Positions 54,782 to 64,000 of a stretch of DNA of 64,000 nt are shown one piece after another. Every line of letters begins with the position of its first letter. Position 1 is the stretch's first letter. The stretch is from Octopus sinensis (lineage: Eukaryota): the NCBI RefSeq assembly GCF_006345805.1, contig NC_043006.1, positions 63,364,001 through 63,428,000 on the forward strand, written 5' to 3'. The notes under the pieces were generated by a model. The model saw nothing but the letters and a program-made list of their open reading frames with translations. It was not told the origin of the DNA and did not search any database. The translations under genes were made by a program, and so were the position numbers.

Positions 54782-54840
54782 ATTCCACTGATGAAGGCAA
54801 AGCATTTTTTATGCAGAACCAGAAATCCGGGATCTGGAAT
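54782..54840 (+). ncRNA. Type I hammerhead motif (HH3)
   Basis: Stem I AUUCCA(54782-87)/UGGAAU(54835-40); CUGAUGA(54788-94); stem II A-GG...GCAU-UUUUU-AUGC...CC-A; GAAA(54822-25); stem III AUC-CGG-GAU; predicted cleavage after AUC at 54834. Confidence 0.75.
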
Positions 54841-55004
54841 TATCCAGTAATTTTTTTGCTAGTTTATTTTGTCTCTTTGTCTTGTCTCCTGATTTTGTAT
54901 GAACATTTAATGTGGTTTCAGAGTCAAGTTTTGGCTGCTATTTCTAGCGTGGTTGTATCTCTTAGATACCTTTAATTATAATTTTAATAATTAATTATAT
55001 ATAT

Positions 55005-55184
55005 TATTTTATTTGTTTTAGTCATTAGACTGCGAGCATGCTGAAGCACCGCCTCGAAAATTTTAGTCAAACAAATCGACCCGCAACACTTGTTTTTTTT
55101 AAAGTCTGGTCGTTTTAGCCGAACCGCTAACTTACGGGAACATAATTCCAACACCAGTTGTCAAGGGATGGGACACACACACCA

Positions 55185-55217
<33 letters not shown>

Positions 55218-55375
55218 AATATATATGCGTATATGACAAGTTTCTTTCGGTTTCCGTCTCCCAAATCCACTCACAAAGCTTTGGTCAGCCGGGAGCTAAG
55301 GTAGAAGACACTTACCCAAAATGACACGAAGTAGGACTGAACCCGAAGCCATGTGGTTGGGCAATTTGTTAACAT
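55005..55375 (-). mobile_element. SINE family A, diverged near-full copy
   Basis: gtcattagactgcgagcatgctgaagcaccgcc...ccaaatccactcacaaagctttggtcagccgg...gaagacacttacccaaa. Confidence 0.85.
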
Positions 55376-55883
55376 TTGTTGCTCGGTTTTCAATTTCGCG
55401 GATGTGTGTGTGTGTGTGTGTATGCACGTATGCTTTAGGATTCACATGAGAGAGAAAAATAAACTCAGTACATCTGTTCGAATTTTTAGATTCGGCGTGC
55501 CGCCTCCTTCCCTATGTTCCTCATTTCCTGTACTCCCCTAATCAACAATCTGTTTTGCAAATAATAAATAAGTAAAATCTAGAAAATACTGAAATTATTG
55601 GACTTGTATTTTCTTCATTAGTTTCTGGACGTAGAGTTGATGCTGTTTTTTGGTGTAGTTAATTTTGTTTTTGTCATTGTTACTACCTTTGTTGTTGTCC
55701 TTGTTACTGTTCACGTTGTTTAAACACAAGTCAGCCATAACCGAGATCTGTGATAAAAAGAAACGCAAGCAAGACAAAATTGCTTAGCGGTAGTATGTAG
55801 GACTACAGTATAAGATATGTTTTTCCTTCTTGAAAGGCAATAGAACGTAGTTTGAAGAGCGGGAAATATGGTTAATATATATT

Positions 55884-56107
55884 TTTTTCTTTACTACCCA
55901 CAAGGGGCTAAACACAGAGGGGACAAACAAAGGCAGACACACGGATTAAGTCGATTACATCGACCCCAGTGCGTAGTTGGTACTTAATTTATCGACCCCG
56001 AAAGGATGAAAGGCAAAGTCGACCTCGGCGGAATTTGAACTCAGAACGTAACAGCAGACGAAATACGGCTACGCATTTCGCCCGGCGTGCTAACGTTTCT
56101 GCCAGCT
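55884..56107 (-). mobile_element. SINE family B, monomer
   Basis: Reverse complement of the 21274 head and core (gaaaggatgaaaggcaaagtcgacctcggcggaatttgaactcagaacgt). Confidence 0.9.
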
Positions 56108-56805
56108 AGCAGGTTGGGGGATCATGTAGAGGCTTCGTCAGTAGTTTTAGCATGTCCGACGAAGATTCATGGGAATTTGTTGATGACCTGCGTCGGCAAA
56201 AATTATGAAGAGCAGTCCATGAACTGGGGTAAGTTAGTATACTGTGTGGGATTATATAATTTCAGAGATATTGTTTTGTATGGGAAAGAACGAAATATTT
56301 TCAGTTGTTAAGTTTGAAATAATAGTTTGTTTTTCCTCTTCTCCACACGAAGTACGAACTTACTGATATCTGTTTGACTTTCTCGTTATCTGGTTAATTC
56401 ACCGGTTATTGTTTTAGTGCATTATGCACATAAAATTCCGGAATAATTAGTTTAAGCATTTTATGAGAAAAGTTAAATAAAGGAAAAATGAGTGAATAAA
56501 AACTGTTAGATTGTTTGTGCTTCTTTTTTGACAATATTAGATATTTTAAATATTAAATTTTTATTTTTTTTATTTTTATCTTATTTTATTTGATTAACAA
56601 AATAAAGTGTATTGAATTAATGATTCAAAGCTTTGATTACCTTTTCAATATGGAAGATAAGAATTATTGCAGACGTTTTTTAATGCATTCAAAGACATTG
56701 GTAATATTTCAAAAACAATCTTAATGATACTATTGATTTTTTTTTATATTCTCACGCCCTCAAATTTTTTTGCGATATTCATGTCTCTTTTGCGGCGTAT
56801 ATTAT

Positions 56806-56952
56806 ATATATATATATATATACATACATACATACATACATACATACATACATACATGCATGCATGCATGCATGCATGCATACATACATACATACATACA
56901 TACATACATACATACATACATACATACATACATACATACATACATACATACA

Positions 56953-56986
<34 letters not shown>

Positions 56987-57030
56987 CACACACACATTTA
57001 TATATATATATATAGATATAGATATATATG
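56806..57030. repeat. (AT)n(ATAC)n(ATGC)n compound microsatellite
   Basis: Direct reading. Confidence 0.95.
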
Positions 57031-57049
57031 CACTGATCTCAGTGTGCTT

Positions 57050-57285
57050 CCTCGTGCTGTTGTATCCTTCGAAAGATGCCACACCGCTGGAAGACAAGCA
57101 GGCCAATATCCTTGAACAGAACGCCAGTCCATTGCAGGGTTACCTATTTACTGATGAGTGGACTTGAACAACACAAATTGAAGTGTTTTGCTCAAGAACA
57201 CAACTCACTGCTGGTCTGGGAATCGAAACCATGATCTCGCGGTTGATAGTACAACACCACTAACTGCTAGGCCGTGCGCCTTCAT
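57050..57285 (-). mobile_element. tRNA-derived SINE, V-SINE-like (family D)
   Basis: Reverse reading ggcgcacggcctagcagttagtggtg...ggtttcgattccc (A/B boxes), tgtgttcttgagcaaaacactt, ccctgcaatggactggcg. Superfamily assignment is from memory. Confidence 0.65.
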
Positions 57286-57317
57286 ATATATATTATCAAT
57301 ATGTACACTACATATAA

Positions 57318-57712
57318 GGTGGCAAGCTGGCAGAAACGTTAGCACGCCGGGCGAAATGCTTAGCGGTATTTCGTCTGCCGCTTCGTTCTGAGTTCAAATT
57401 CCGCCGAGTCGACTTTGCCTTTCATCCTTACGGGGTCGATTAAATAAGTACCAGTTACGCATTAAGGTCGATATAATCGACTTAATCCGTTTGTCTGTCC
57501 TTGTTTGTCCTCTCTGTGTTTAGCCCCTTGTGGGTAGTAAATAAATAGGTATTTCTTTCGTCTTTACGTTCTGAGTCCAAATTCCTCCGAAGTTGACTTT
57601 GCCTTTCATCCTTTCGGGTTGATAAAATAAGTACCAGTTGATCACTGAGATCGATGCAATCGACTTCCCCCTCCCAGGAAATCGTTGGCCTTGTGCCCAA
57701 ATTTGAAATCAA
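57318..57712 (+). mobile_element. SINE family B, dimeric
   Basis: Collinear with 21274-21662. Confidence 0.9.
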
Positions 57713-58006
57713 TATATACTGTTCACTAGACGCAAGTGTAGTTAAAGCTCTCTTCGTAATCATGATGTCTTCGGTTTAATCCCTCTGTGTACCATTTTGA
57801 GCAAGTATTTTTTACCATAGTCGCCTTTTTGCTCAAGCTTTGTGAAAGAATTTTGGATAGAACTTTGTGGATGCATTTTTGGTGAACTGTTCTTGTACTT
57901 CAAAGGACCTGACTCAGACACATATTGTGTCGAGCTGATTCCCTCTAAGAATTGAGTTAAGATCACACATATAAGTGAAATGCTCATTTACTTAACGAGT
58001 TATTCA

Positions 58007-58314
58007 GTTGATAGAACAACGGAATGCTCATGGTCGAAGCCAACGATTGCTCCATTATCACTATACGTCACTAACACTGTAATCTGATCAATATCAACCC
58101 GATGTCATTAAATATCTAAAAGAAGTCACAGTTACTACGATGAAAGCTTTTCGAGCTGCATTTGGATACCTACGCAGTACAGGACTGAAGACTTAAACTT
58201 TAATTTCTAAACTAAGAAACTATACCACTGACACAAGGGATTTCAAAGATTCCTGATATTTAAAGCAACAGTCAAGTAGATAAGAGAGTTACCACTCTTA
58301 GTTTAGAAATACAT
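58007..58314 (+). repeat. 308-bp direct repeat, left copy (putative giant TSD)
   Basis: Repeated at 59024-59331 with about 3 substitutions by eye. Confidence 0.92.
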
Positions 58315-59023
58315 TAGATTATGTTCGTCCTTCGGTTCAAAGATGACCAACTGACATCATCTGATGGAACTTCCGCCATGAGACCGGAGGTGGCTGGTGA
58401 GGCCAATCCAGGCAAGGAAGCCCCTCCCACAGGTGGGGCAGAAGTGGGTAGGGGCCGTGCTACTGGTGCAGGCGGCTCTGGCTTTACGCATCTGACGTTT
58501 CTGCTCCGCTGACCGAATCCGTCCCTGCTCCCACGGTGGTTGCGCTGCGCCAGGATGAGCGGTTGGCAGCAAGTGTCTCCCAGGTCTCTGTTCCGATGGA
58601 GAAGTCTTTGAGAGAGACCTTGAGACTATTCTTGTAGCGCTTCTTCTGCCCTCCGACTTTGCGCCTGCCCTGGCCGAGTTCACCGTAGAAGAGCTGTTTT
58701 GGGATGCGAGTGACGGACATGCGGGAGACGTGGCCCGCCCATCTCAGCTGGGCCTTGCGCATGATTGTGATGGTGCTAGGGAGATCTGCCTGCTTCAGAA
58801 CTTCCGTGTCTGGGACTTTGTCCTGCCAGCGGATGTGAAGGAGGTTCCGAAGACACCTGAGAAGGAAGTGGTTTATCTGGCGCTCGTGCCTTCGGTAAGC
58901 AGTCCACGTCTCGCAGCCGTATAGTAGGGTGGTAAGCACGACTGCCCGGTAGACTTTCAGCTTGGTATTGAGGCTGATTCCTCTCCGCTCCCAGACTTTC
59001 TTGCGCAGTCTCCCAAACGCGCT
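58315..59023 (-). mobile_element. 5'-truncated RTE/BovB LINE with intact 3' end
   Basis: SAFGRLRKKVWERRGISLNTKLKVYRAVVLTTLLYGCETWT...AQLRWAGHVSRM..RIPKQLFYGEL, then frameshifted C2H2 CPTCGRGFLAWIGLTSHLRSH; 3' end ggtcatctttgaaccgaaggacgaac. Confidence 0.95.
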
Positions 59024-59331
59024 GTTGATAGAACAACGGAATGCTCATGGTCGAAGCCAACGATTGCTCCATTATCACTATACGTCACTAACACTGTAAT
59101 CTGATCAATATCAACCCGATGTCATTAAATATCTAAAAGAAGTCACAGTTACTACGATTAAAGCTTTTCGAGCTGTATTTGGATACCTACGCAGTACAGG
59201 ACTGAAGACTTAAACTTTAATTTCTAAACTAAGAAACTATACCACAGACACAAGGGATTTCAAAGATTCCTGATATTTAAAGCAACAGTCAAGTAGATAA
59301 GAGAGTTACCACTCTTAGTTTAGAAATACAT
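59024..59331 (+). repeat. 308-bp direct repeat, right copy
   Basis: See 58007-58314. Confidence 0.92.
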
Positions 59332-60430
59332 ACTCTGAGTTTGAATACAGTCCAGTACAATATACATATATATATATTCATTTCCAGGAATAGGGTACTT
59401 GGTAACCTTCAATAACCAAGCAGAAGGAAATGACCGTAGGTTAATGTATTTAAACTATATATTTCCTCTCCAAAGATGAATGTAACATTCTGAAAATTTA
59501 TAATCAGGCTACCGGTAAAATACTGCGGATCGACAAAAAAACCTCTACGTTTTCGCTCGATTTGCTAGAAAGAGCGAACTTCCACAATTTACACCCTACA
59601 TCTTAAAAATATAAAGGATAACCAAACGTGGGCCTGCTCGATAAAAGACCTTGGTCAAAACAACAATAACATTATACTTTTCAAAAGCATTATAGTCCGG
59701 TGCAGAAGCTTTGTTATAGCTTTTGCCGACCTTGATCAAACTTATGATTAAGTATGTGCCATCTGTTACTACCACATCTTTTCTTCACGCATCAACCATA
59801 GTATATCCAGGATTACGTTATTCATTACGTTATGTCCGTCCTTTCTTTAAGACGATACGGTGTGAATTTGTGGACATTTAGCTCTAAGTTGGGCAAAGTA
59901 AGCCCGAAATCTTTAGGTCACGGTTGAAACACTTTTCATCATAGGTTTGCTTATTCATTACAATAACAACAACGTCACAGCAACATTGTGACAGATATAT
60001 TGTTTCATGCGAGACAATATACGACGCCGGCAATATCGTCACAAAAACAATAAGCGCAACATTTATCAAGAGAATTCTATAGTAACATTATCTACCTAGA
60101 TGCAATCAAGATGATTATGAGATGTTTGTCATAACTAAAGCAAGGTGTTATAGTTCTGATAAACTATAAACATAAGAGATAGAATGTAACAGCTTTGCTT
60201 TCACATGATAACTCTAAAATAAACAAACTAGAAAAATCTCCTGACCAGTTTGGGTCTTTTTTAAATTTTGTCTTTTAAATATTTCTTTCAAATGAATATA
60301 ATTTATTATCATCGCATAGCGATAGTTTATAACAGATCCTGCTTTTGATTTTGTCTTGCGACGAGAAATCATAAAAACATTAATTACAAACTTTGTTGTA
60401 TAAACAACATAAATATTTGTTTGACTTGTG

Positions 60431-60489
<59 letters not shown>

Positions 60490-61849
60490 TGTGCGCGTGT
60501 GTGTGCATGACTACATGCACATATACATACATACTTATAAGTTGATAATGTGGTGGAGCTAGTGTAAGTATATCTATAAATGCTCCTGAAATACTTCTAG
60601 CCTTTCCTCTCGTTACCAATCATATCCTCCTCAGTAACTCATACCTCAGGCCGCCTTTTACACCAACTACCTCTCTGAATAAATGAAATGGATAGTGTAA
60701 GGAGAAAAGATTGCTGTTTGGCAAGCGAGTGTATCATCTAATCTGCTTTCTGTATCACTATTTAACAAACCGGAAAATATAGACCCAACTGGCTGCTGAT
60801 AGTGGTGAAGATAGTAGAAATAAGAGTCAGTTTGTTGCAGATATGTATGGGATAATTTTTATATAAATGATCAATCTTACCTTCACCTGTATGTATTGCT
60901 ATTAGAGAACGGGTGGCAATAAAATTATCAGTTTGGTGTCATACAGAGTAAGACTATTACTGTTCGATGTTGCCGGATATTTTTCCAAAGGAAGGGACGC
61001 TTTCAGTGAGACATAGCTTGCATTTTCTCTATTTGCATATGAGTTTACTGTTTCGACGATTCTCCAGTTTATAGTGAGGATGTTAATTCCATTTTATTTC
61101 ACTTCTTAAACACAAATGAAATGAAGAGGTGCATTTTAATCTGTTGCTGCATCTGCAAAATTGAGTGTGCCGTGTGTAGCGTTCTTAAAAATAATTTTTT
61201 TTTCCTTTATTTCCATGAAGCCTTTCCCGAAACCCTCTGCACATTGTATCTTTGCTCTATACACAATTATATTTGTAAGGTATTTACCGTTAATTGAGCA
61301 ATGTCTATTGTTGCTGAAAATGCATTCTAGCCAAAAGGATCGAGTTTATACTTGAGATGCGATATAATTTTAGCAGATGTAACTAACCTAAACACTGTTC
61401 TTATTGGAAAATTTTTGCTTGTGTGCTAAGAGCTAATGCTTATTTATCATGGATGCAAAGTTACCGGTAATAGGAGGTAAACCATATGATGTTTATTTTC
61501 CTATTTCTAATGCTTAACAACGCATTCTAGTTTTTTTTCCTGGGCGCCGTTTGCAGCTAACGTGTTGTTATGGTAGGATGCGGCTCACTGGATTATACTC
61601 TTTTGGAAGAAAGATTCCAAACATTCCGATGTATATTACCGACTAAATTATTATGATAATAAAGGAGGTGGTTAGAGTTTTCTTTTTCTATAAAGCTATA
61701 TATGGCTTTCTATAGGAATAGCGCTTGCCTACATTTAGATCTAATATAATGTCTAAACATTTAAATTATATAAAATATATATATTTATTTGATTTTACTG
61801 AAATTTATCAATAGGATGGCCATTGAAATTGTTGAACGTTACCACCCAG

Positions 61850-62316
61850 TCGTCCATGTTTAGTCCTTTACATGTCAACGCGTTTATTTGCTTCAGTTAC
61901 AGGACTGCAGTAATCGAAAATCACTGCTTTTACTCGGAAACTTAACTTCAAAGATTTCACGCGTTTGCTTAACAGAATCCGTTCTCACATACGCTTCCAC
62001 AATCACAACTCTTTCAGCTACTGAGTACGTCGACATGCAGATCAGGCTAGATGCGTTCTCTCAATCCAATCTTACAGAAAAAGGCTAGAGAAGTTCACTC
62101 AATGCAATCTTACAGTCAACTAATGTGGTGAGGAGCCAGTGAGGATAACATAGCAAACAGTCGACTAGTGTCCCATCTTTGTTCAGCAGTTATAAGCAGT
62201 CGAAATAGCATAATGACATTTGCAAACGAAAGGCTTGGTGCTTTTGTGTGTATGTGTAAATTTATTTCTGTATTTACACTATGCTTCAGAACCCAAGCTA
62301 CTTTTTCGCGAACCAC
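61850..62316 (-). mobile_element. Tc1/mariner 5' remnant encoding a DUF4817-type HTH N-terminus
   Basis: Short ORF 61893-62036 (-) MSTYSVAERVVIVEAYVRTDSVKQTREIFEVKFP; ttttcgcgaaccacc terminal-like motif at about 62300-62316. Confidence 0.6.
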
Positions 62317-63494
62317 CATTACTTTGAATTAAAATTTAGTGTTATCTGCACAGAATAGTAATGTACCGTTTTATCTCTATCCAACAAACGTAAAGAGATC
62401 TCACTCGGTGTGATACATGATGAAATCTCACTTAATATTTTGTTTTCACAAGATATCTATTTGCTACAATTAAGTATCATTTATTTAAAGAAATCACTTA
62501 GTTCACTGCTCTTTTTTCTTGATATACATACAAAGATATTTCTGTTTATGACTACAATAATTCGACAACATGTATGACTTCAAATAAATGGGTTCACATA
62601 ATCAATGCGCAATTAATTACTGATCCAGATAATTAAAGCCATATTTTGGTCGAATATTCTGATAGGCTATATAAAATATTTCCATTCTGTGCGGAAACAG
62701 TATTGAGTATTACTGAAAGGGTCCTTTCATTTTCGAAATAGTGTATGACACTTTTCCATTTAATTTCCTACCAAATTATGATAAATGTGATGACAGCTGT
62801 ACAAATTCTCTTCCAACGTTTGGGAATTGACAGTAAGAGTATTTCTTGCAGAATGTTTTAATATACAACCATCGTCTACATAACTTTGAAAATAAAGTTC
62901 CGAAGGGGAGGAGTAGACATTGCATAGTTTTAAAATAAAACTGGAAGGCCATTACTTAACATAATCGCAGATTATTGATTCCGTTACATTGTGTTCACTT
63001 GTGATTGTATGTTGGGCTGGCTTGAAAAGAAATTGTCTTAGAAGAGAAGATAACCAAATACGTGATTTATTGGTCTCTCTTCGTCACGAAGAAATCACGT
63101 TTCATACTGTTCCCAGAGGCAAAGGAAAACAAAACAAGATTGTCGATATTCAAACCACCTTGATTCTGTTTTTATATAAATAGGTGTATACATTTATATG
63201 TATGTATGTATCTATGTATCTATATGTATGTATGCATGCATGTATGCATTCATAGATGTATGCCTATGTGTGTGTACGTCCGTGTTCATGTGTGAAATAT
63301 GTGAGTCTTTGAGGTACATATATGTATGATATAGTAGTATATATATAATGAGAGTAAACACCTTTGAAAGTAAATAAAAGTATGTTTAAACTTACACACA
63401 TACACACAACTATATCGTGTGTGTGTGTGTGTGGTGTGTGTGTGTGTGTAGTAAAGGAAAGGCGGAAGATGGAACATACGAGAATTTATTATTA

Positions 63495-63600
63495 ATCACG
63501 ACACATGTTTCGACACATTTAGCATCAATCCCTCACGTGTGGGACACTTAACAACTGGTTCAGAAGCATCCGGCGGTTCAGATGTGTCTCATCGGGTGAT
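63495..63600 (-). ncRNA. Type I hammerhead motif (HH4) with a 63-nt stem II loop, U4>C
   Basis: Minus strand stem I AUCAC(63600-596)/GUGAU(63499-495); CCGAUGA; stem II GACACAU(63588-82)/AUGUGUC(63518-12); GAAA(63511-08); stem III AC-AUGU-GU; predicted cleavage after GUC at 63500. Confidence 0.75.
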
Positions 63601-64000
63601 AAATACACACAACTCGTTAAAATAACAGTTTCGCAATGTGTATTCGTGTTTCGTAGAAAGGAATGCAGCAAAAAGGAAACGAACACGCAATACAGCGAGA
63701 AAAGTATTTTAAATAACCGTTAGCAAATATGGATGCATAAACGACCTCACGCAAACTGCATGGCGCGTGTAGACTCCCTATTAGAAGCATCCGCGAAAAT
63801 GTAAGCATACGCACACATATGGTTTCGTGCACTCACGATCACAAAGCGAGTTAAATAGATACTTGGTGTTTATAAGAATGCGGAGGTTAAAACTAAACTC
63901 AATTCATCCATACCTGAAAGTAAATTATGTTAAAAGTCACTCAAATTCATTCCCTCTGCGTTGTGCGAAAGTACAATATAAATAGATATACGCGTATAGG

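Larger units (their letters stand above)
53390..55000. repeat. Nested fold-back cluster of PLE pseudo-LTR-like sequence
   Basis: Inverted pairs 53392-53414/53595-53617, 53511-53590/53913-54007, 54005-54080/54250-54330, 54085-54210/54850-54975 and 54600-54658/54688-54746. Confidence 0.8.

Noticed and set aside
58007-59331. LTR retrotransposon interpretation of the 308-bp direct repeats
   Set aside because: There are no TG..CA ends, PBS or PPT, and the interior is an RTE LINE with its own 3' end.
60640-60890. Possible minus-strand micro-exons (30 nt and 6 nt) with AG/GT boundaries
   Set aside because: Splice-like motifs of this quality occur by chance in 64 kb, and there is no recognisable peptide or neighbouring exons.

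Overview
AT-rich, microsatellite-saturated eukaryotic genomic DNA, most likely from an octopus or other coleoid cephalopod. That is an inference from composition and the SINE/LINE repertoire. No host protein-coding gene can be supported; most ORFs in the track are microsatellite artefacts. The window is a transposon graveyard: RTE/BovB, R4/Dong, HERO, Tx1/L1-like and Penelope-like (PLE) retroelements; Tc1, mariner, maT and Tigger DNA transposons; Helitron and Helentron derivatives; and three tRNA-SINE families. The most interesting signal is a set of type I hammerhead ribozyme motifs read by eye at 81-145 (+), 53644-53709 (+), 54782-54840 (+) and 63495-63600 (-), plus decayed relatives at about 17.5 kb and 28 kb. 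Three of the four sit in fold-back repeats, and two lie 0.3-1.5 kb downstream of a PLE reverse transcriptase remnant. Two homologous copies show compensatory base changes in stems I and III with matching pairing in stem II. Also notable are an RTE insertion flanked by a 308-bp direct repeat (58007-59331) and a (TAA)n insertion hotspot holding R4/Dong fragments and three copies of an uncharacterised ~0.5-kb element (43.5-47.2 kb). All alignments and folds were done by eye, and no database search was run.
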